From contig NMRA01000501.1 in NCBI GenBank assembly GCA_002633005.1, forward strand, positions 124,001 to 188,000: 64,000 bases of DNA. Reading direction: 5' to 3'. Of the stretch, positions 48,801-60,800 are shown in pieces. A model generated the notes under the pieces. It saw only the letters and a program-made list of their open reading frames with translations. It was not told the DNA's origin and searched no databases. The position numbers and the translations under genes are program-made. Every line of letters begins with the position of its first letter. Positions within the stretch are counted from its first letter, which is position 1. The stretch comes from Phoronis australis (lineage: Eukaryota > Animalia > Phoronida).

Positions 48801-51800
48801 TTTTTCTATAGAAATAGCTTTGTTTTTCGCTAAGTTTTACTAGAAACACATGACCAAGTGACCCAATCAATGTGATGAATGTCACAAAATAAACTCTACA
48901 GGCTTTCAATTTTTAGCATAAAAATGCTTCTACTAAGTTAAAAATCTTACGGTGAGATGTCTTGTAAATACAATTGCTGATATAAGTCAATATAACCATT
49001 ACACGCGAATTAGTTGGTCAGATATTTCAGTGGACGTGGATGAGGGGAAAACTGGTATTTAAAGTGAAAATAGGACCTGAGTAATTAACCAAATATTTAT
49101 AAAATTATAGAATTCAATTCGGTAAAAATATATATTTTGTGTAAGTAGAAAGCTAATAGAAATTGCCTTTTTGCTTCATTCATGTACCCATTTCCCATTA
49201 ACTCGCCCAACGTATCCGTATACTTTTAAGAAAAGTTAAACAAAGATAATGTACATGAAAATGTACATTCATAGCAAAGTAATGTCATTGGTAACATGAC
49301 CAAATTTTGTTTGATATGAATGATCATGACGAAATCTAAAAAGCACTTTACACTTTTTTAAATTATCAACTCGCTTCTAATATGCATCGTTGGAGCTTTT
49401 CCTTAAACATCCTTTAAGTCCTAACTTTTATAGCCCCCATGCCCAAGTGGTAGATTTTGAAAACAAGTCCTAAGCACAGTATCTGAAAGTTTCACCTGAA
49501 TCTGATCAGCTTTTACTCAGATGCGATGTTCCAAAGTTAACCAAATTGGGTCATTTTTCTTGGGTTCCACATAATCTTAACATTATTTGGACAGCGCTGC
49601 TTTGTTCCCGCTTTCAGTGATTGGTTTCTGGGGGGAGTGGAAAGAGTGGGGTGCTTGTAGTCACTCCTGCGGCTTTAAAGGTGTTCGAAGGAGAGAACGG
49701 CAGTGTGACAACCCACGCCCAAAGTATCACGGACACTGTATCAACGACTTGAACAGTGAAGAAGAAAGCTGCTCAAGACAATTTTGCCCCAGTATGTAGT
49801 GAGATTTACCATAATTAATTGTTACCATGTTAGGGACAACAACATGTTACCCCTACCAGCTCATGTTGTATGAACCATAAGGGCGTTTGACATGTAAGAG
49901 AATCTACGTGCTAAGCGAATCAGTGAAGCTAGATTAAAATTTCTGAATTTGTAAGGAGCTGAGGAGTTTCGATAGTCGCGAGTAGATATGCTGGCTACTA
50001 GGAGCGGTCTGTGACCACCTCTTGTCACGCGCAATTCTTTAAATATAGACCGGGATCGCGAGGATTTTGGGCATGAAAAAGAATTTCGTGAACAGCACAA
50101 TATTTCCTGGGTATCCCGGTGCTTGCAAATGGACATCTGGAGGTTCAATCAGACAAGTGTGGGCGTGTGGGGTGGGGGGCGTCGGGACTTGAGAATGGCA
50201 CTAAAAATTGAGTTTCAGGTGTAGATCGACTTTTCTGGAAAATACTTACCGTAACATACCTTTGACTACACAATTTACTATATTTAAATTTTTCACTGCC
50301 AGGCAATTTCAGTGGTGGTGATCATCAGCATGACGGATATAATTGAGTCCGAATTTGAGCTAGTTCAACCCACAAGGTAGCCGCATGACTGTAGTTACAA
50401 GTTGTTTAACATAGACCAAAGTATCATGGATGAACACTGCCAAAGAAAGTCAGTGGTGGAATACCCTCGCCGCACACTCCGACATCTCCGAGTTGGGTTC
50501 GTCCAACCCACCACTGAGCCAACCGGTTGAAAGCAACTGTGTAACAAACACCATCATTCCACGTGGTACAGAAGTCACATTCCAGACAATTTCCGTTGCC
50601 GCACCCAGCCTTAAAAACGGGAGGGGGGGGCTCAAAATTTTGATAATGTGGACCTTTTACAAAATAAACGGGGTACGTACAGAGCAATGACATGCACATT
50701 CGCGGAATTTTGGTAGTTCCTGCCTTTTCAGTGGACTTTTGTCTCGTTTTCTACTTTCTGGACTTTCTGTTTCTCTGAGAGGGACCTTTTTGCCCACTTT
50801 GCCAAATGGGGGGAGGACTCGTTCGAGCCACCACCCCTGACTCCCCCGTTGATTTCAGTGGAGGTGTGCTCATGCTAGATAAATATATAATCGAGTCCAG
50901 GGGTTCGTTCCAACAAAACAAACTTAGCTAAGACAATTCTTAAATTTTACTAAATTTTAAAATAAAAGTTTAATGTGTCTCAAAATCAATTCATGATAAA
51001 GATCTTAAGCTTGATTAAAGTGCTTGACGTAAGCGTTTTCTTAATTTTGACGAAATTACCGGATGTCGAAGTATCAAAATTTGTAAGTTGAGACAAATCT
51101 TAGACTTAAGTAAAAATGGACTTTAAGTCAGTTTCTTGGAAGGGGCCCATAAACCACATTGGGTGGAAAATATACTTTCATGCTTTGGATATTCCACATA
51201 GTTTTAAGGTAGTGACAGAATTTCATGGTTCATTGGAATGTAATTCAGATACTGATCTTATAATTACCAAAACTTGAAGTGGGGAAAGACACTGTTACTA
51301 TTAATTCTGTACATGCACATGTAGTGAATGGAATGTTGACAGAAACACTCCGCAATAGAACTGCGGAAGCCATTTCGTGAAGAGAATCAAACTTTATATC
51401 TTCCAGTATTGCGTATGTGTTGTGACTGCAGTTGTGCACATGGTCGCTTCGACAGACGTTGTGTCGTTACGACGCAGAATTCACATAGAGAATGACAATT
51501 GGTGTGAAGACAAAAGCGGTCTGATACCGCCGGTATCTTGGCCATGACCAATATCTCCGAAAACACAGAAAAATGTACACATTTCATATATTCATAATCC
51601 CGAGAGTCTTATTTCTTGTCTCAGGCCCACGTTTTGCCCAGTAATTCGTGTTGAGAGCTAACTTATCCTTTTCCTGGTCAGCACTTAGTACTTTGGGATA
51701 TCCAGCCCTACTTTGTCTGGCGTACAGTAGGGGTGTGATACATCACACTTCGTCTTCAAACCTTAAATTAAGACACAGTCACAAATATATGAGATCGGTT

Positions 51801-54800
51801 GTGCACACCGTGCGAAGGGATAGTGAAAGCGTCTGTACGTAGAACACAGCCTTTTTAAATGGTTCTTAAGCACGCAGCCAAGTGGGTGGTCTTGTCAAAG
51901 ATTTTTACCAATCCCTTAGTATGAAAACCCATCACCTAAAGGTAAAGAATCTTTGAGAGCAGGGATACAGGTGAAAGTTGTACCAGGTTCCTAGTGACGA
52001 CTTGAGTGTCGTAAATTCCTAATGACATCGTATGCACTGCCTTTTGAACTACAAGCTTGTACGTTTGCCGTAAGTATTCTGTAAGTATGCCGTAAGAACA
52101 CAATAAGGCGCATTTGTTTTGCATTACGACCTCTATGCCCATTGTAACACTCCACAGCACGTCACTGCTGCCCATTCAAGAATGTCTTACAAAGACCGGA
52201 AACTATAGAGCCCAAATGGACTTTCGTACGACGTCGCTCTCACAAAACTTGTGACTGTGACTAAAGTAATAACTGTGGACACTCATGTTTCAGTCGACGG
52301 GATATGGTCGACCTGGCTTGCTAGTCCATGCAGCGCTTCCTGTGGCCAAGGAACGCAGATCATGTCTCGCATTTGTACCGCTCCGATGTACGGAGGAAGA
52401 CCATGTATGGGAAACAAAAATCGGCGTTCCACCTGTCTTGAAATTCCGTGTCCTGGTATGTTATCTTAAGTGGGATTAATTCTAAATACTAAAGGAGAAC
52501 GGCCTAGCTACATGTAAGTCGCCATAACGGATACTGAAAAAGGTTTTTACGGATTGATAGGCCCGTCCTCGACTGAACTCTCCACTTTCGTGGAGGTAGA
52601 CAATGCATTGCATGACTGATTTACCTGTTTTAAAATTCCATGCTTTTTTCAGTTGATCAACCATGGAGAGACAATTCAATTGAATTTGTCCGTTATGGCA
52701 ATTTCTTGGTGAACGGCATTGCAGGTCAAAATGCAATCACCTACATGTACGTTCTAAGCTGCCCTGCATTAGAATGACGTAATATGGCATAATGACACGA
52801 GATGCGAGCGGGACAAGTGCTTTGCAAAATGTTTTTGAATGAGAGTGGTGTTTGGTGTTTCGTTTTTCATTTCGTACTTGCACTACTGCAGCATATCAGC
52901 AAAAGTAAACTTTAATTGTTTTTTTCATGACAAGTCTACGAACACACCAATAACAAAAGGATAATGTGTATGCACTCCTTTGTTAATAGTGGACGGTGGC
53001 TGGAGTCCCTGGTCAATAACTATATGCAGCGCCACCTGTGGTGTTGGCCTTCGCCGAAATTCTAGGTCATGCACCTACCCATTGCCACAGTTCAATGGCA
53101 AACCTTGTGAAGGGGCCACGCTGAAGACTGATCGTTGTATCTTAGACCCATGCCCAGGTTTGTATTCGGTATTTAAAAACATTTGCCGCCTTGGTTCTAC
53201 ATGTATACAAGTGAGCACAAATCGGCTTCTTTAGTGTTAGGAACTAGATTGTGGAATGCATGACAATACCCTGACACTTATTTATGCACAGGCATCGAGG
53301 ACAGTTGCTAAGGCTCCCCTCCAGGTGTGACGTCCTCAAGCAGAGTGTCCTTTCTACTTCCTTATTATCCAGTTACCTCTAAATTTTGTTGTTGTTTCTT
53401 TAATCGCATCGAATTTTGACACTCGCTTTTACATAATTCTAAAACTTGAAATCACAAGCAAAATTTATGAACAGCATTGTTGTTCAGATGCGAACAATTA
53501 CAAATCACGACCTCGGGAACTTACCCATGACGTGTGACTTCTCAAGTCATAATTTAAGTGTGTTTGACCATGATGCTTTACCATCCCTTTGGTGAGACAA
53601 TGATTTAGCACAGCTGACAATGAGTAAATACACCAAATGCGGAAATTATAAATCACGACTACTGCAACTTGCTATAAAATAAATTTCCTACGTTTCGAAG
53701 CCACCTTCTACACATGATATTCATGACTGATTGTTTCACGAGAAAAATTCGTCGCCTCTGCGGCTACGCCCTGAGCTATGATTCAGGCATCTTAAATGTG
53801 ACACCTCCATGTCTATTCAGAAAGCGGTTCTTGGATTTAACCCAGGCTGGCTATCTGACATTTCTTTCAAACCAAAAATTTTCTCTGCCCAGTACCCTAT
53901 CTCAAAACACTGTCAGGTGATTGAACACTGCGGAGATAAAGGGGCCTGGGACGCAATGAATAGACTACATTGTAATATTAAAAGTAGTTCTCTGCCACTG
54001 AAACAGAATTCAACCTGCTCGCCGTGTATTTTAGGGTTTGTGCGTAAATACTTGTTAATTTCTGTTAATATCAAAACATTTTCTTTTAGTTTCACTTTTC
54101 GAAAAAGTTCTGTTAACTGCTCGACTCTTCGTCGATTTTTCTCCCGCAAGGCAAAGTACGTTTCTTCATTTGGGATGGCAAGACATCGACGTTGAACATT
54201 TCCCTCATATGGAAAATGTGACATCAAGCAACTGATTGTGCGCATGTGTGCATTTATCATAAGTGGGAGGGAGATTAGATACTCTGTGGTAACCACAGTT
54301 TTTCCTTCGCGCGTATTCAAAAATCATGAATTGTGTGATTTTTTTTCTGGAAAATTTCTTACAGGGGACAGTAAATCGCTCTGTATTAGACATAGTTTCG
54401 TCGGGAATTGTTAAAAAGATATTTTTGACAAGCTTTTGCATTCTATGCCTCTTTGAAACCGACGCTGCCATTTGCCCTGCAGCAGGGGTCTAATCTTTTG
54501 TACTCGAAAGAGAACGCGCAGTTATTTCTGGTATTTGTACGCTACTTTTGTTGTGCGAACTCAAGATAATTAAGTGCCTATCATCATGGTTCATGCGAAT
54601 TAGTTTTGAGTCTATGTTTTCACTTGACTAAAAACTCGATATTTCGAGTAAAAATAGGCAATTTCGAGTTCAGACTCGAACTTTTTTCTTAATGCAGAGG
54701 CGGATCTAGGATATCACAAGGGGGCCCAACATTTTGTCCGGCTGTAAATATTTACGCAAACCACGATTGTAGATGCGCATAGCACCGAATGGGGGGAGGC

Positions 54801-57800
54801 AAACCCCCCTCCCGCCCAGGAAATTTTTGCTGTTTTTCCTCTAAAAATCAAGCATTTTCCTTGATTCCTGAAGTATTATCCAAGAAAAAAAGCCAAAAAG
54901 CCAAGAAAAAACACGAAGAACGTGTCAAACATGAATAACTGCCAGTACCACAGACTCGAACTCACGACATGGCGGAAAGAGCGCGCGTGCTTTACCACTA
55001 CGCCTCCACGATTTACATGTATCTGCTAATTCCATACTAAGAGACCTACTTGTTTATGGTCCACAGCGTTTGCGCGCGAAACCTACTTCTTTTTGTAATG
55101 CTTATTACACGTTTTATATTTTGTGCAATCGATTCTTAAACAAAAATTATATTTAAAATAGTCTTCAAATGCCCAAAAGGCCAAATCCGTTTTTCGTGTT
55201 GGCAATAATGACGGGATTGCTTTGGAAATCGTCTTAAGTTAAAGTTTGACAAAGAGAGAATTATGAGTTTCTGAGTGATTCACTGAGGCTTCGATTAAAA
55301 TTCACATCTTACCAGCAGCTTCTGTTTTTTTCATCGTCACCCAGGTTCCATTTTCTTTAAAAAATGAAGTAAATTTTCTTCATTGCACAGTGGAGCAGAC
55401 GACGGAAACGGAGTCGTAGTGCGCAGCGCCACTGCCGGTCGCCTGGGATATCGCGGGGAGCCTATACTTAGCCATAGTTCCGTTACGAATGCGCCGTGTT
55501 CCGAATTTGACACTTGAAATTGGATCTGAGCCCCCCCACCCAAACACTAAAACTGCACACATTTAAATCTTGTTTCATCCGTATAATTTTAATTACCGGG
55601 GTTAATTAATCAACTCAACATTTCCCTACCCTCTTGCTCTTTTATTTTTTTGCGGCAGCCAAGGGGGGGGGCTGCCTCCCCTAAATCCGCCTATGGAATG
55701 CTGTGCAAACTAGGACTAAAAACGCTATTCACTTAAGTCATAATGTTCATGAATATATAACGACAATCACTTGTCTCGAGTTTGCAGAAAAGTAGAATAA
55801 AATCTCCGGAAACAGTACCAAGGTCGACTTCAAGTAAAAGGACCTGACTTCGGGCCCAGAGCGGCTCTTCAGTCTCATCAATACATGTAAACGAGTCTTT
55901 ACATCTGTATATGCCATATAGTGTTTAGACTGAACAGTTGCTCAGAAATTGTGAAGCTCCGAACTGCAGGGCAAATGTCAGTGGTTTAAACTACTACACG
56001 CTGTGTTTAAATCGTGTTGGAGAAACGGGTCACACTTTTGAGACGGGGAACGTGAGGCTACTGAGCGAAGAGAGTATTTGGTTTGATCGACTTGTCAAAG
56101 AAGCTGCATTAATGCCAAGAACCTCTCTGAACAGACACGGAAGTGTCATAAGTTACCCGACTCATGGTCTAGGGCCTTGAAGTTGTTGTCTAAGAGCGCC
56201 GATAGAGGGCGACGAAATTTTCACGGGAACCACTCGGTCACCACTCCCCCGTAGAAGGAGCCGGTATCACCAGATAATTTATTTCACAGTTAGTTGCAGA
56301 AGTCCTGATATAATTTTTTTGCACCTTAGTTATTCACTTGGGTGAATAACAATGTCCACTGTCTAGAGTTACACTTACTTATTTTCAGTTGTGTTAATTC
56401 ATTGTGCCATCTCTGATCAAAAGGGATTCTGTTTTTAAAGGGGGTAAGATCATGGTTAAACATACTTAAAAATTATGATCTGAGAAGTTAACCATCATCG
56501 GGGACTTGCCCATTGATCTTGAGAATTATTAAAAGTTGTCTAATAAATCGAGGCGAAAATGAATGGGGGAAAGTTTGAGGGCTACATTTACGTAAAAATC
56601 AATGTCTCGGCATGTCAGAGGTCACAGAATCTTGATATCCGTACACTGTAGTCATGGTGCCAACTAGTGCTTGCACGCTCATCGGAGTCATACGCCATAC
56701 TTCGAAGGTTTACAATTCCAAAAGCCTGCAAGTCCTACAAATTCAGGTACCTTTTAAGAGGTTCATTTGTCCGAAGGTTCACAAGTTCGCACAGGCAGAA
56801 GTCCGATTCACAGGTCCCGGCGACAAAAACTAAGCAATCTGAACTCGCTCCGAAAATTCATAACGCCGAAGGCTCACAACTCCGAACGTTCACAAGTTTT
56901 AAGGTTGGCATGTCAGACAAAGTACTACGAAGTGTTCGACATTGGAACAGCTAGGATACTTTGGTCGGCAACGAAAATCATTGCCACAATGATAACGTAG
57001 CACACATTGCCAAACATCGCTCTGAACATTCAGCAATTGTTCAACAACAAATTTGTTTCAGAAAATTCTAGCACAAACGCCCTCGATGAACGTTTTCACG
57101 AAATTGCTTTTCAGAGACTCATAATCATGAGAGTTCATGCCAAAACGAACGTGAACTCTAAGGGTAACCTTCTTGCTTGTAGACCTTCGTACTTCTGAAC
57201 CTTGCTCGGATGTTACATAATAGTGGAATTTGTTTTTTAATAAGTGCAGGACTCCATTATAATTATTTATTAACTGTGCTTAAGGTATAATTGAGGAGGC
57301 AGTGCGGCCTGATTGATAAGTGCCCGCTTTCTTTACTCGAGGTCGTGGGTTCGAGTCCCACAATGTCACACTGCTAAACCCTTGAACCAGGTTTCTAGCT
57401 CCTCAGATCGGTTTGAACTACATATTAATAAAGCTTAAAAATCGTTCCAGGTGATTAGTGTAATGAGCCCACATGCGCGGCCTGCGCACGTCTGGTACAG
57501 CGTGTATCAGGCATAATTGTTCTGGATTACAATGGGAAATTTATTTACGTGACGTCCTACATCAGAATAGTGCGACTCTTGAGTCTTCAGATATAGGCCA
57601 TAGTCCATTCGACTTTAGGAAGCCCAGAAAATCACTTCCCTGGCCACTATTTGGGGGCAAGATAATTTTGGTGTTTTTAAGGTTATTAAGTAGTATACTT
57701 TAAGAATCTAAAAAGTTGACAAGGTTTGACTTGGACGTTTTCGAGAAATTTGACCTAAAAAATTTGACTTTTGCAAAATTTGACACAGAAAACCAATCTT

Positions 57801-60800
57801 CAAAAACTAACAAAACTAGACAAAAACTGAATGATAATCTGATTGGGTTTTGTTCATTTGAAGTTATTGAGCAAGGAAAGTGATAAATATTATGACATTA
57901 GGCGGAAAATTGCTCAAAAAAGAGAAAAAGTAACATTTAGCAGCGCATCCTGTTGGCCAGAAAACATACTACTATATTATGAACTCCTACAAAAAGAACT
58001 ATACTGGTAACCACTTGGAACTTGATAAAGATTTGACATCACAGCCTACATGTGAACACCATACATTTCCAATGTTCTGCAACAAATTTTCTGTCATCAA
58101 TTTCATTAGTTGTTATAATTGATTAACATTATTCCACATTGGAGTTCACTGTCAACTGTCAGAGGGAACAACACACGGCTCAGTGTCAGTCATGGGCATG
58201 GTAAAATGTTGTCCATATTTTCCATTAGGCTAAAAATATAAAGTTCTTTAACAACATAGCATACTCTTATTATGTTTCTTCATCCACTCCATCATCATTT
58301 ATATCATTATTGTCATCAAAAGTCGTTTTTTGACTGAGACACCGTGTTCACACAGTCTGGTCAGTCACACAACTTAGAACATGGCATGTCTGACTCTAAA
58401 CACAAATTTTGAGCCCAACTTTAATGGCAAACACAAAGTTAAAAAATATCTCTGCAAGCCTGCATCCTATCCAAACTAAAAGAGTTTTGACAACCTGAAT
58501 ACCGTTTCATCTAAACACCTTGTTACAGTAATCCTATTTAAATGAAATAGATAACCAAAATAATCTTCACTTTAGCACACAGTATGAAATTTCGTTTTGT
58601 ATAAGTGCTCAGCAAAAATGAGCATTAAGAGAAATGAACATCATTCCTAGCATTGATTGCAATGTGCAGCTGCCTTCAAACAATTTTAAACATAGAAACA
58701 TTTTTGTCATCCTTAATACAGTAGTTCAGCCTTTGAAAAATAGAGGAATGGTCATGTTGGCAATGGTTTTTGTTTGAAATTGAAAAACGTCTTCCTTGCC
58801 GTAGAGCTAAAATTTCATTTGACGCTTCCTGTTTTAAATAGCACATAATTGTAAGAGTAAAAACTTTCCTTTGCTAAAAACTCCAATTTTAGAATCTTCA
58901 AAATGTGAGATATTGAAATCTGTGCAACATTTGAATTTTCAAGATAAATAAATTACAGAACACAGGCAATATTTGCATTTTTATATTTCTCAAATTCCAA
59001 AAACTACTCATGATTTTACATAAACGGATCTCAAAATAGGCTTAGAAGTTCATAAAAAACAGTGCTGATCACTCACATGTAGGTAAAACCTACTGCCAGT
59101 ACATATGAGATTGAGACCACTATTACAACAAATTTATCAAGCAAAATAATTTTTGTTCTGTGACCTAAACTAAAGATTATTTACCATAAATGACACCTTT
59201 TCAAGTTAAGAATAGGTAGGCGTATTTACAATTGAATGTTTGGAACTGGGATAGGTTTTCAACTTTTGTTTTGTTTGTGAAGTTCCCCTGTGATGAAATT
59301 TGATTTGTGGCAAATGGTTCGTTGTGGTTGCAAGACATATATGGGATATTTCTTTGAGCACCGTAAAATGTACATGTAACTGATAGTGATAATCTCCTTA
59401 ATTTTCTAGTGGGCTCAACATTATTTCTATCATCACCTTTTTTAAGAGCTCCTTCAATTTGTTTTACATCCCTTAAATGTCTGTAACACTGCCTGTGATA
59501 AGCATGCACGCACCAAGCCTAAAAATGGGGGGCTCGAGTTTTTTAGAATGTAGACATTTATTAAGATTCAAGGGGTACTTCAGAGCTATGAATTGTGGGT
59601 TCGTCGAATTTTGGTAGTTCCTACCTTTTTAGTGAACTTTTGTCTCATTTTCTACTTTTTCGGAGTTTTTGTTTCTCTGAGGCAAACCTTTTTACCCACT
59701 TTACCAAATGAGCCCCGCACCCCTGGATGGATGCATGACAAGAGCTCTGTTTTTTGACGAACAATTCAAGACTCGTCAGCAATGATACTTCTCTTGCACT
59801 CAATGTTGATACGTTTGTTTGCAGTAGCCTTACACCAGGTAATATCTAAAAATTCCAGCTCAGAAATTTGAGCAGAAGCTGACACATGAATGCAACAAGG
59901 GACAGACACCTTGCCCGTCTATTGTGAAGTCGTGCACTCGTTGAATAATTCATGACTTCAGCAGAGTCCTAGCTGTCCCAAAACTGTTCTTTGCGAAACA
60001 CAAAATGATTCAGGAATGTGCCAAGAATTGTTTCAGTACGATGACACTCGTGGCCACTTGATTTGGCTTTTGGCTTTCCTCAGTTCCTAACTTCTTCTTG
60101 CTGGTTTTTCAGCCTTGGCCATTGGTAATTAAATATTACTTGCACACTCATCCAAGAATTAATACTAGCCAATGTAGTAAGTAGCAGTAAACAAGCTAGG
60201 CAATGACCATCGCCTCTCTTGGCCCGACCAGAGGCGATGCAGCTCCTATAGGCGCTCCATACGCCGGAAGCTTTTCGGCGAATTATGCCTCGCACTGACT
60301 AAAACATCAAAGTCACGTTGTTATCTTTTGTGCGTTGATGAACACCTTAAGAGTTTGTCGATGTGTTTAATTCCTTCCAACTCGAACAAATACTCCCGTT
60401 ATGAAACTTTTTCTTCGAGCAGTCCCTATTTCAGTTCCCAAAATCGTAAAACTCACCATTTTCACTCGGCGCACGACAAGAGATTTGACCTCATTCTTTT
60501 AACCAGGCCGAAGGTCAGAAGCTGCGATCCTACTGGCGAACTTTGAAAGCTGAAGTCCCCGCCCTCTGCGTACGTGCTGCCGGGAACCAGCCGTGCATTT
60601 GCCGTGTTGTTAAACATTAAAATGTCAAATATGTGCACAAAGGACTATTAAATGTCATATCAACAGCATTTATTTTTATCAAATACAAATAAGAATTCAT
60701 TGAAATACAATCAGTTTCAAGTAACGCCAATAAAAGACAAGTAGTGGTGGCATTTTGGAAACGAACATTTGACTGACAAGACCGCAGTGGCTAACCTTTG

